In this document: positions 9,048-17,626 of the stretch, one piece after another
Numbering within the stretch: position 1 is the stretch's first letter
How the letters are laid out: each line of letters opens with the position of its first letter
Source: Staphylothermus marinus F1
GTDB lineage: Archaea > Thermoproteota > Thermoprotei_A > Sulfolobales > Desulfurococcaceae
NCBI RefSeq assembly: GCF_000015945.1
Contig: NC_009033.1
Coordinates: 870,001 to 902,000, forward strand
Length of the DNA: 32,000 bases
Direction: 5' to 3'
The notes under the pieces: generated by a model
The model's input: the letters and a program-made list of their open reading frames with translations, nothing else
Told to the model about the DNA's origin: nothing
The model's database searches: none
Position numbers and translations under genes: made by a program

Positions 9048-9350
9048 TTAGAAATTGTGAATAGTGTTAAGTTGTCTATGTGTCTTATGAACAATAATCC
9101 ATAAAATGAATACGAATATTATTATGGTTAATATGGATAGTGCTATTAAAACATAGATTATAGATAAGCTAAGATTTCCTGCGGCTATACAGATAGGGAT
9201 GAAGAATAGAACTATACATATAACTCCGCCTCCCTCAACATTGCTAGGTGTAGGTGTTAGGGTTGTTGTTGAGAAAGCTAAGAGTAGGAAACCTATTATT
9301 ATGAGGAGCACACCTATCATAATATATTTCTCGTTAAACACTACTCTCAC
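9048..9350 (-). CDS. Small multi-TM membrane protein, paralogue of the next gene (DUF131/TIGR00304-like)
   Basis: Hydrophobic helices flank NVEGGGVICIVLFFIPICIAAG. This is colinear with the neighbour's NVEAGGVVIIGPIPIVFG. Confidence 0.65.
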   Translation of the reverse strand: MRVVFNEKYIMIGVLLIIIGFLLLAFSTTTLTPTPSNVEGGGVICIVLFFIPICIAAGNLSLSIIYVLIALSILTIIIFVFILWIIVHKTHRQLNTIHNF

Positions 9351-9365
9351 TCTCCTTTCCTGTTT

Positions 9366-9632
9366 TTACTTATTAATTGGTAAGTAGAGTGGGAGTAAAT
9401 AGTATATTAATAGTATTGTTACAAGTATAATTGCCAAAACCAATAAGATAACCGTTATTCTATGTGATGTGCCAAAAACTATTGGTATAGGGCCAATAAT
9501 TACTACTCCACCAGCTTCTACATTCTTCTTAGAGCTTTCTTCCCCACCACCCATTAGTCCGAACAATAAGATTATGAAGCCGATAAGTATTAGTAGCATA
9601 CCTGTAAACCAGATAAGGCTTTGATCAATCAT
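9366..9632 (-). CDS. Small multi-TM membrane protein (DUF131/TIGR00304-like)
   Basis: TM1 FTGMLLILIGFIILLFG, the conserved-looking GGVVIIGPIPIVFG, and a C-terminal TM VILLVLAIILVTILLIYYLL. The family name is from memory. Confidence 0.7.
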   Translation of the reverse strand: MIDQSLIWFTGMLLILIGFIILLFGLMGGGEESSKKNVEAGGVVIIGPIPIVFGTSHRITVILLVLAIILVTILLIYYLLPLYLPINK

Positions 9633-9721
9633 TTTTGCTTCACCGTTTCCCTAGCATAGTAATATAACTTATGTGTGGAATAAATTTAATTATAGAAAAA
9701 CAAATAATTATGTGAACAACC

Positions 9722-10030
9722 ATGAAGACCCCGTACTCAACTATATCAGTAAAAATAATCAATATAGATAATAAAAAACTAGTTGGGATAGAAATAGAAT
9801 TACCTAATGCACCACCACTAATAATTCTTCGCGGAGACAAAGGATTCGTTATGTGTGGATACCTAGACATAAAAGTTGCCGACAAACTCGGACTAGTAGC
9901 TGCACGGGTAACTGGAGTTAGAAGCATTAGTGAAATGTTGGAGAAGGAAATAGTTGAGGTAACAAGTAAAGCATCTGAACACGGAATACTTCCTGGAATG
10001 AAGGTTAAGGATATTATCAGTAAATTATAA
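9722..10030 (+). CDS. DUF1805 (YunC-like) domain protein
   Basis: LPNAPPLIILRGDKGFVMCGYLDIKVADKLGLVAARVTGVRSISEMLE aligns well with my recollection of B. subtilis YunC (LPKTTLLAV..KGYIMCGALDV...AGRAVGVRTIDQLL). The 170-aa antisense ORF at 9640-10152 is rejected. Confidence 0.85.
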   Translation: MKTPYSTISVKIINIDNKKLVGIEIELPNAPPLIILRGDKGFVMCGYLDIKVADKLGLVAARVTGVRSISEMLEKEIVEVTSKASEHGILPGMKVKDIISKL

Positions 10031-10067
10031 CAGTATGAATACATAAATAGTTTAGGGGGCAAAATAC

Positions 10068-10328
10068 ATGGTTTCCAAGGCAACAGGTTTAACATTATTA
10101 TTATCTGCAATACTATTAGTGATAATGTATATTTATGGATTAATAATTGCACCAGACATTATCATTTGGAATATTAAATTAAGCGATCTACTTATAAGAC
10201 TCACTATATTATTTATCGTGTTTACAATATCATTCTTTCTCGGCTACCTGGGATACTCTATTCTAACAACACCAACTCCTAGACCTATAGAAGAAATAGT
10301 TAGGGAATACATGGAAACAACTAAGTAG
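10068..10328 (+). CDS. Small membrane protein with at least two TM helices, unknown function
   Basis: A GGGGG SD-like run lies upstream. Hydrophobic segments LTLLLSAILLVIMYIYGLII and LTILFIVFTISFFLGYLGYSIL. It ends 14 nt before pyk. Confidence 0.6.
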   Translation: MVSKATGLTLLLSAILLVIMYIYGLIIAPDIIIWNIKLSDLLIRLTILFIVFTISFFLGYLGYSILTTPTPRPIEEIVREYMETTK

Positions 10329-10342
10329 ATGGTGTTTGGTTT

Positions 10343-11752
10343 ATGAGAAAAGTTAAGATAATAACTACGATAGGCCCGAGCAGTGGTAAATACGAGGTAT
10401 TGTCAAGACTTATACAGGAAGGGGTAGATGGTTTTAGAATTAATTTCAGCCATGGAAATCCCCATGAATGGGATGAATGGGTTAAAATGGTTAGAGAACT
10501 TGCAGAGAAATATGAACGAGAAATATCTATAATGGGTGATTTACCAGGCCCCCAAGTAAGGATAGGGGAATTACCAGTACAGGAGATTAAGGCTAAACAA
10601 ACCGTTAAGCTTGTATATAAAGATAAGGTTGACGAGGAAAACACTATACCCGTACCTAATAGGAAGGTTTTCGAAATATTAGAGCTTGGAGATATTGTAT
10701 TGATTGATGATGGAAAAATAATTCTTAGAATAATAGACATTGGTGGAAACGAAGCTGAAGCAATAGTGTTGAATGACGCAGTATTGTATCCGCATAAAAC
10801 TCTTGTAGTCTTCGGTAAGGAGATAGACTTGCCTGTTTTAAGCGAGAAAGACGTTGATCTAGTGAACTATAGTGTATCGAGAAAACTAACATATTTAGCC
10901 ATTAGCTTTGTCCGTAGATCAAGTGATATAGTTATTGTTAGAGATATTGTTTCAAGATTGAATGGAGAAATAGGATTAATAGCTAAAATAGAGACTAGAT
11001 CAGCTGTTAAGAACTTAAAGGATATAATGAGTGTATCAGATGCTATCATAATAGCCCGTGGAGATCTAGGTATGCATTACAGCTTAGAAGAACTACCAGG
11101 TCTACAAAGAAAAATAGCTCGCGAAGCAATAATGATTGGAAAACCCAGCATCGTTGCTACACAACTATTAGAATCAATGGTTAACTATCCAAGGCCTAGT
11201 AGGAGCGAAGTAGTTGACGTAGTTAATGCCGTATATGACCTAGTAGATGCCCTACTATTAACTGATGAGACAGCCATAGGTAAATACCCTGTTGAATCAG
11301 TTAAATGGTTGAAGAGAATAATAAGTTCGGCTGAATCAAGCATTGTAGAGAGGAGGATCGAAGATATACGTGAAAAACTAGAACTAAGAGCGTTGAGAGA
11401 AAAATATGCTCTAGGACTAACACTTTTAGCAGAGAAAATAAATGCAAAAATACTAATCTATACAAAAACCTCCACAATACCTCCAGCAATTTCTCGTTTC
11501 AGACCACAGATCCCAGTCTATGTAGGAACTAGTGATAAATTAATAGCGGAAAAACTAACAATATACTACGGCTTAAAACCATTTTATCTAAAACAACTCA
11601 GAAACAAAGATATAGACTACGATCAAGGAGTGAAAACATTATATGAACACTTAAAGAATAAAGAAGAAATAACATATGGTGAAATAATAGCAGAAGCGTA
11701 TGGTAGAAGAGAAACACAAATTCACGAAATAAAAATTAGGCAAGTCATATGA
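10343..11752 (+). CDS. pyk: Pyruvate kinase
   Basis: KIITTIGPSS, DGFRINFSHG, the MGDLPGPQVR stretch, IAKIETRSAV and IIARGDLGM motifs. Confidence 0.93.
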   Translation: MRKVKIITTIGPSSGKYEVLSRLIQEGVDGFRINFSHGNPHEWDEWVKMVRELAEKYEREISIMGDLPGPQVRIGELPVQEIKAKQTVKLVYKDKVDEENTIPVPNRKVFEILELGDIVLIDDGKIILRIIDIGGNEAEAIVLNDAVLYPHKTLVVFGKEIDLPVLSEKDVDLVNYSVSRKLTYLAISFVRRSSDIVIVRDIVSRLNGEIGLIAKIETRSAVKNLKDIMSVSDAIIIARGDLGMHYSLEELPGLQRKIAREAIMIGKPSIVATQLLESMVNYPRPSRSEVVDVVNAVYDLVDALLLTDETAIGKYPVESVKWLKRIISSAESSIVERRIEDIREKLELRALREKYALGLTLLAEKINAKILIYTKTSTIPPAISRFRPQIPVYVGTSDKLIAEKLTIYYGLKPFYLKQLRNKDIDYDQGVKTLYEHLKNKEEITYGEIIAEAYGRRETQIHEIKIRQVI

Positions 11753-11810
11753 TTTTAATTATTTTCAGAATTAAACGCGAAAAAATATATACACACTATT
11801 ATGTTCTTTT

Positions 11811-11830
11811 AAATAGTGATAAATAGTGAT
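11811..11830 (+). repeat. Perfect tandem 10-mer AAATAGTGAT x2 at the csx1-like promoter and start
   Basis: Read directly from the sequence. It overlaps the TTTTAAATA TATA-like box (11807-11815), which is centred about 24 nt upstream of the ATG at 11835. Confidence 0.6.
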
Positions 11831-11834
11831 TATT

Positions 11835-13343
11835 ATGTCTAGTTCCGAATTTAAAGTTCTTCTTATCGCTCCATGGGGTTATCCTCCCAGCTGGAGGGAT
11901 GCAAAATATTGTCTGAAAAGTGTTAAAGTAGGGAACATATCTCTTAAAGGTTGTTGTATTGGATGCAGTAGTTCGATAGCAGTCTACTTAATACTTAAAT
12001 CGCATAAGAAGATCAACAATACACGTTTATTGGTTATTGGCACAGATACAGTAATAGAACCAATTAATGAGGATCTACGAAGTAATGTTAAAGAATGGTT
12101 CAGTACAGTTGGAGAGAAATTATTGAACACTACTAGTTGTGAAGGAGTTATAAAGAATAATGAATGGATCAATGACTTGCATTTTGGCATTGTACCGGGT
12201 ATAGGGGAATATTACGGATACTATTTCAAAGGAGATATATTAAAGATTTTTCTTGAATCATATCGATACATTGCATTGAACATAAAAGATTTTAATCCAA
12301 GCCTCCTAATTCTCGATACAACTCATGGATTAAACATATTAACAATAGCCGTTCTCTACGCCACAGTTGCAGCATCAATTGTATATAACAAACGAATACT
12401 TACTATTAATTCCGAACCCTATCCCTCAGGTAAAGGAACAAAGTATTGTATAGAAGTTAAAAAGAAATCCAATAAGAGCATTACTAAAGAGAATGAGATG
12501 CCGAAGCTAAACATACATGATATATCACATTTACAACAAATAATAGATTTCTTAAGAGCACTAAATTCACTAAGATTTCTCAACGAGAAACAATTAAATA
12601 GACTGCCTAGAAGAAAAATGCAAAACAAATATGTTGAATTAATAGATAAAATAATATGTATGGTTGAAGCATTAAGAACAGGTCTAATAGGCTTACTATT
12701 TGGTAACAGTAAATTATCTAGCGATAAAGGAATTCCGTTTACAATAAATGAAATCTATAAATTTATGGAAAATATTCATAAGTTAAACTATGATATGGAA
12801 TGGTTTAAACCATCACTTGAAAACAATATAGTTAAGTATGAGCCAACTATAGATGAAAACATAATCAAGTATGCTCCTATACTAGACTTTCTTAGAAACT
12901 ATATTGAAGAATATAGTGATTGTTTAAAAACAATAAGCTTAAAAGAATTCGCAAAATGTCTAGAAAATAAATTAGAGAGGAGTGGTTATTGGGATAGAAA
13001 ACAAATTATTATAAATGAAACATCAAACCTTACGGAAATAGCATGTGAAATCAAAAATGATATGGGTATAGAAACAATAGATTCTAATCTCCTACTAGAA
13101 TACTGGTCTAAAAAGAAAGGTTTTGGAAATAGTCAAGGAGAAAAAGATAAACTAGTTAATCCAAGGAACTTTGCAGCACATGCTGCTTTAAACTTTAATA
13201 TATTAAAGAGTATAAAGGTTCAAAATATTAATGGCAAGTGCGAAATTGTAGAAATAATATATGATCAAGATAAATTAGCAAAAATACTTGAAAAAATAGG
13301 TAGAAAGAGCAGACTTTATCACTGCATAGAACACTATACATAG
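11835..13343 (+). CDS. csx1: Csx1-family CRISPR-associated CARF/HEPN protein (DxTHG family); predicted cyclic-oligoadenylate-responsive RNase
   Basis: KVLLIAPWGYPPSWRDAKY, IVPGIGEYYGYYFKGD, the DxTHG motif LILDTTHGLN, and the C-terminal HEPN R-x4-H motif NPRNFAAHAAL. All are colinear with my recollection of P. furiosus Csx1 (KILVVSWG..W...KY, IAPGIGEF, FDSTHGLN, SPRNVLAHAGL). The start is taken at ATG 11835; the ORF track uses GTG 11826. Confidence 0.85.
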   Translation: MSSSEFKVLLIAPWGYPPSWRDAKYCLKSVKVGNISLKGCCIGCSSSIAVYLILKSHKKINNTRLLVIGTDTVIEPINEDLRSNVKEWFSTVGEKLLNTTSCEGVIKNNEWINDLHFGIVPGIGEYYGYYFKGDILKIFLESYRYIALNIKDFNPSLLILDTTHGLNILTIAVLYATVAASIVYNKRILTINSEPYPSGKGTKYCIEVKKKSNKSITKENEMPKLNIHDISHLQQIIDFLRALNSLRFLNEKQLNRLPRRKMQNKYVELIDKIICMVEALRTGLIGLLFGNSKLSSDKGIPFTINEIYKFMENIHKLNYDMEWFKPSLENNIVKYEPTIDENIIKYAPILDFLRNYIEEYSDCLKTISLKEFAKCLENKLERSGYWDRKQIIINETSNLTEIACEIKNDMGIETIDSNLLLEYWSKKKGFGNSQGEKDKLVNPRNFAAHAALNFNILKSIKVQNINGKCEIVEIIYDQDKLAKILEKIGRKSRLYHCIEHYT

Positions 13344-13400
13344 TATCTCGTGAATTACTTATTGAAACAAACCCTACTGGAAGGGATAGGTTTGATTATG

Positions 13401-13502
13401 AGCCGCCGGCGGGATTTGAACCCGCGACCACCGGCTTTCCCGACTCCGGTAATCAAGTACCCGATACGAGGCCGGCGCTCTACCGAGCTGAGCTACGGCG
13501 GC
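13401..13502 (-). tRNA. tRNA-Thr (anticodon CGU) with a 28-nt intron at the canonical 37/38 position
   Basis: Minus-strand read: GCCGCCG-UA-GCUC-AGCUCGGUA-GAGC-G-CCGGC-CU CGU A-[intron 13464-13437, UCGGGUACUUGAUUACCGGAGUCGGGAA]-A-GCCGG-UGGUC-GCGGG-UUCAAAU-CCCGC-CGGCGGC-U. All stems are Watson-Crick, with U33, A37 and discriminator U. Confidence 0.92.
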
Positions 13503-13544
13503 TCCTCTATATACTTAGAGAAGTGATTAGGGTTTATTAAAAAA

Positions 13545-14246
13545 TTATTTTTCTAGAGCTTTTAACCCATTCAGTGCCATATCTTTCATTACTTGGTATG
13601 GATTATCAGATTTAACTATTGCTGATGCTACTAGTACTCCCAATGTTCCAAGTTTTACAGCAGCGTATACATCTTCACCTCTACTAATACCTGCGCCTGT
13701 AAGTATTACTATGTCTTTGTTTACTTTCCTTATCAACTCAACACTTCTCGTTATAACTTCGGGTTTAGCTTTACTTACAGGTATACCTGTTCCTATGAGT
13801 TCTGGAGGCTCTACAGCGACCATATCTGGTTCTAGTACAGCTACTGCTGCACCGGTCTCTGGAACATCTGCACATACTAGTGTTTGTAATCCTAGCTTCT
13901 TGGCTTTCTTGATTAACCAGTTTATATCGGCTAGTTTTAATCTATGCTCGCTATGATTTAGAATTACTCCATGTACACCTAGCTCTTTTAAAGCTTCTAA
14001 TGGGATATATCCTGTTTTAGCACCTGGTTCTACAGGGTCAGCGTGTTGGGCAAATACTTTAATGTCTGTTCCTTCTACTTCTTTTAATACACGGTAAAGC
14101 TCTGTATATGGAGGTGCGAGAATAATATCTACACCTGTCTCCTTCCATACTTTGACAGCGTCTCTAGCTATCCGTAAAGCATGTTCTCCGAAGCTATAAG
14201 GATAATATGCTTTATAATTTACTGCAACAATAGGTTTTAAACTCAT
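13545..14246 (-). CDS. tpiA: Triosephosphate isomerase (archaeal short form)
   Basis: VAVNYKAY, ILNHSEHR, AVEPPELIGTG and ILTGAGIS motifs; 233 aa. Confidence 0.93.
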   Translation of the reverse strand: MSLKPIVAVNYKAYYPYSFGEHALRIARDAVKVWKETGVDIILAPPYTELYRVLKEVEGTDIKVFAQHADPVEPGAKTGYIPLEALKELGVHGVILNHSEHRLKLADINWLIKKAKKLGLQTLVCADVPETGAAVAVLEPDMVAVEPPELIGTGIPVSKAKPEVITRSVELIRKVNKDIVILTGAGISRGEDVYAAVKLGTLGVLVASAIVKSDNPYQVMKDMALNGLKALEK

Positions 14247-14309
14247 ATATTCTCACCTATGTATTTATAGTGGAATTAAGTTGGAGAAAAAATATTTTAA
14301 TTAATTGAT

Positions 14310-15491
14310 TTAATCATGTTCTTCTTCGCTAGTTCCAGATAATAATGCACTATGTCTTTTAATTACGTGGACTTCTTCCGTCTTCACAAATCTATCTTTA
14401 AGCTTCTCCAATACTGCTGGTAGCGTAGTGTATTCCATTTCTTCTGGTCCTAGACGGTGAGGCATGAATGGTCCGTGGCGCCTCATGTATTCTGCTATTT
14501 GTACACCTAGTTTTCTTGTCTCGTCAAATGCCACATCATCGAACAAGTCTACTGGGCCAATAAGTCTGCCTTTAGCAATATTCCAGCCAAGCGCCATTAC
14601 ACGTGGTGGTCCATCAAATCTTGTAACCCTAGCATATCTCTGTGGAACAGGTATTAACGGACCATGATGACTGCCACGCATCCAGCCAGCTACTAGGTGT
14701 GGGAATGAGAATGCTTCAAGTACCTCTCCTACAGCTGGTAATCCATGCTGTGCTCTAACTATAGCTACAGGATCATCTTTACCAACGTATTTTCCAGCGA
14801 TTAAATTCAACCTCTCAACACTTACGACAGCTGCTTGTAAGTTGTCGCTTTTTCTATAAACTCTTCTAACCACATACCTGCTAGGGGTCCCTATTAAAGC
14901 TAGTATATCATACATTTCCTCAGGAGCGCTAAGCTTAACAGATTTACCTTCAAATACGTCGTAGACTTCGAATATGAAGCCTTCATGCATTCTTGGATCA
15001 ATTACTAAACCAGCAGTGTTGAATGGGTCAGCAAATATTCTGAAGATAGGTAAATTAAATGCTCCAGGCTCGGTTTTATCCGCGTGGAATGTAATCACTG
15101 TTTCTGCTTTTCTCTCAACCATCTCAATTTCTGCGACACCTGGACCAAGGCCTCGGACATTTCCTGAGAATGCATCACTTAACAAGTCTTGTCCAGCAGC
15201 ATATAGTTTTAGCTCTTTAGCAACCTTTGCTGCAGCTTGAAAAGCATTCCATGCTAACTCATGTATTTCTGGAGCATCAACTCCTTTTCTATGAGTCATT
15301 ATCAGCTGTATGTCGTCACCAACATGTGTTACATAGAAGTCTATTAACAATCCCTTCTGCTTAGCTTCAGCTAATACCTTAGTGGCTGCTGCTAACTGGT
15401 CAGGATGAGGCATTACATGCCCAGACATTGATCCAACATCTGCTTTAATAATTGATAAAGTTATCTTTTCACCCTCTGACATAGAATCCAC
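14310..15491 (-). CDS. fbp: Fructose-1,6-bisphosphate aldolase/phosphatase (class V FBPase)
   Basis: The ITLSIIKADVGSMSGH N-terminus is characteristic of the archaeal bifunctional FBPA/P. Size is ~390 aa, directly upstream of tpiA on the same strand. The start could be Met4 (15482). Confidence 0.95.
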   Translation of the reverse strand: MDSMSEGEKITLSIIKADVGSMSGHVMPHPDQLAAATKVLAEAKQKGLLIDFYVTHVGDDIQLIMTHRKGVDAPEIHELAWNAFQAAAKVAKELKLYAAGQDLLSDAFSGNVRGLGPGVAEIEMVERKAETVITFHADKTEPGAFNLPIFRIFADPFNTAGLVIDPRMHEGFIFEVYDVFEGKSVKLSAPEEMYDILALIGTPSRYVVRRVYRKSDNLQAAVVSVERLNLIAGKYVGKDDPVAIVRAQHGLPAVGEVLEAFSFPHLVAGWMRGSHHGPLIPVPQRYARVTRFDGPPRVMALGWNIAKGRLIGPVDLFDDVAFDETRKLGVQIAEYMRRHGPFMPHRLGPEEMEYTTLPAVLEKLKDRFVKTEEVHVIKRHSALLSGTSEEEHD

Positions 15492-15646
15492 CTAGAAAAC
15501 CATGCTTTTATATTCTATATTGTCTAAGAGGGGTCTTAAGGATTGTCATCATAAATTTTTCCATGAAAATTTAAATGATTATTTCAAAAATATTGAAGAC
15601 TCGGGATTAGCGATGAGCTAATATTTTTTAATCAATCAAGAAAGTG

Positions 15647-17452
15647 TCAGGGCATATAGTATTGGCCAATAGATTTTTGTTGTCTATCAAGATATGATCC
15701 AGGCTTATTAACTCTAGGTCTACCACTCTGTGGATCTCTTCTGACAGTTATTCCGAGTTCTTTCAGTAATTTATTGAAGCCCTCACGATTACTCATAGGC
15801 TTAGAAGCATATCCCTCAATACCGGGTTTTCCATAGAATACAATAACCTCGTCACTAACATAGTTTTGAAGCATTAAGTCGTGTTCGACGATCATTGCTG
15901 TTTTCCTTTTCTCCTCTATTATCCTTCTTATAACTTTTGCAACAGTAAGTCTCTCCTCTACGTCTAGATAAGCGGATGGCTCGTCTAGTAAGTATAGATC
16001 TGCTTGTTTAGCTAATGCAACTGCCACTGCTAGTTTTTGGAGCTCGCCACCGCTTAGATCAGCTACGTAGCGGTCAAGCATTTTGTTTAGGCCAAGTTTT
16101 CTTATAAGTTCAGCATAGATCCATGATGCAGGATTTAATGTGTTGGGTGAGGCTCTCCTGAGATTAGCAGCTACTGTTTCTTCGGGAAAAATTTTCGGCG
16201 ATAATTCTTGGGGTTTAAAACTAATTGTTTCAACAGATACTAAAACTTCTCCTTCATCAGGTTCGAGTACTCCTCCTAACAATTTGATAAATGTAGTTTT
16301 GCCTATTCCATTGGGACCTATTATTCCCAATACTTCTCCCGGATAAGCTTCACCAGCTTCTATAAATAGTTTGAACCCGCTTGTTCTATATGTTTTAACT
16401 ATATTTGTCCATTTCAAAATAGGGTATTCGCTTTCGGGCTTGACTCTAATGTCTACTTGTATACGGAAATGAATGGGCTCCCTTCTTATCCTCATATTTT
16501 CTGCTGGGAGATAACCTTCTAAGTAATGATTTATACCGGTTCTTACACCATATGGTTTGGAAACTATTCCGTAAACGCCTGGTTCACCATATATTATTGA
16601 AACTTGATCACTTATGTAATCCAGTACCATGAGATCATGTTCTACAACCATGACATATTTCTTAGACACATCTATAAATTCCCGTATTGCCTGAGCCACT
16701 CTTAATCTCTCCTTAACGTCGAGATAACTACATGATTCATCAAAGAAATATGCGTCCGCTTCTTTTACTAGGACTGCTGCTACTAAGAACTTTTGTAGTT
16801 CTCCCCCACTAAGTTCAGATATTTTTCTATCAAGGACATGTTTTATAGCAAGCTTATCTACTACTTCTCTATCAATACCTCTCTCATCAGCTTTCTTTAG
16901 AAGCTCTCCAACTCTCCCTTTTAATCTTCTCTTAACCAATTCGACATATTGGATCTTAACGACAGGTCTTATCTTATTATTTGCTAACTTAGCAAAATAT
17001 GTTTGAAGCTCTGTTCCTCTGAACCTTTTAATTATATTATCCCATTCTAGATCGGCTCCAACCTGTCCTAGGTTTGGTTTAAGAAGGCCTGATAATATCT
17101 TTATACTAGTTGTTTTACCACTACCGTTTCGACCTATAATTCCCATTATATTTCCCAGCCTAGGTATGGGGAGATTATATAGTTTAAACATGTTTTCTCC
17201 ATAACGGTGAACAACATTTTTCTCAAGTTCATCTGGTAAATTAACTATTGATATAGCGTTGAAGGGGCATTTCTTAACACATATTCCACACCCAATACAT
17301 ATATCCTCATATATGACCGCATGTTTACCGTCAGGGGAGAGCTCTATGGCTTTTTTGCGCTTAGTCTTATTTACAGGACAAAACCTTATACATTCTAAGT
17401 TACATTTGTTCGGCTTACAGTATTCACGATCAACAACTGCCACTCTAACCAT
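15647..17452 (-). CDS. abce1: ABCE1 / RNase L inhibitor homologue (ribosome recycling ATPase)
   Basis: N-terminal Fe-S cysteine clusters CKPNKCNLECIRFCP and CIGCGICVKKCP. Two ABC NBDs: GRNGSGKTT / LSGGELQK / FFDESCSYLD and GPNGIGKTT / LSGGELQK / LLDEPSAYLD. The start is taken at ATG 17452 (MVRVAVVD); an upstream TTG at 17467 is possible. Confidence 0.95.
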   Translation of the reverse strand: MVRVAVVDREYCKPNKCNLECIRFCPVNKTKRKKAIELSPDGKHAVIYEDICIGCGICVKKCPFNAISIVNLPDELEKNVVHRYGENMFKLYNLPIPRLGNIMGIIGRNGSGKTTSIKILSGLLKPNLGQVGADLEWDNIIKRFRGTELQTYFAKLANNKIRPVVKIQYVELVKRRLKGRVGELLKKADERGIDREVVDKLAIKHVLDRKISELSGGELQKFLVAAVLVKEADAYFFDESCSYLDVKERLRVAQAIREFIDVSKKYVMVVEHDLMVLDYISDQVSIIYGEPGVYGIVSKPYGVRTGINHYLEGYLPAENMRIRREPIHFRIQVDIRVKPESEYPILKWTNIVKTYRTSGFKLFIEAGEAYPGEVLGIIGPNGIGKTTFIKLLGGVLEPDEGEVLVSVETISFKPQELSPKIFPEETVAANLRRASPNTLNPASWIYAELIRKLGLNKMLDRYVADLSGGELQKLAVAVALAKQADLYLLDEPSAYLDVEERLTVAKVIRRIIEEKRKTAMIVEHDLMLQNYVSDEVIVFYGKPGIEGYASKPMSNREGFNKLLKELGITVRRDPQSGRPRVNKPGSYLDRQQKSIGQYYMP

Positions 17453-17557
17453 TTCATAACTCACCAAAGCATAATTACTTCATTGATTACTTGCTACTTA
17501 TGACACTACATGAATATACATAAATATATTAGTTCTAAACATACATAGGTTATACAG

Positions 17558-17624
17558 ATGATGATTGGTGACGGCTCGGAGAAAATAATCTATTTTCAAT
17601 GAAGAGTAATCGGTGAGGTTCTGA
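17558..17624 (+). ncRNA. Weak candidate C/D box sRNA
   Basis: AUGAUGA (17558-17564), a 12-nt spacer UUGGUGACGGCU, CGGA (degenerate D'), an 18-nt spacer, AUGAAGA (17599-17605, degenerate C'), a 15-nt spacer, then CUGA (17621-17624). Spacer lengths are atypical and there is no good terminal stem. Confidence 0.25.
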
Positions 17625-17626
17625 TC

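Noticed and set aside
8900-9094. A 64-aa ORF between the 5S rRNA and the membrane-protein genes. Similar ORFs occur at 27275-27547 and 23075-23263.
   Set aside because: They have Lys/Asn/Ile-rich or Cys/His/Phe-rich nonsense composition, no start context, and overlap promoters or 3' ends of real genes.
11826-13343. A CRISPR array or further cas genes around the csx1-like gene.
   Set aside because: I scanned the flanks and the whole window for regularly spaced 24-40 nt direct repeats and found none. The neighbours are pyk and tRNA-Thr.
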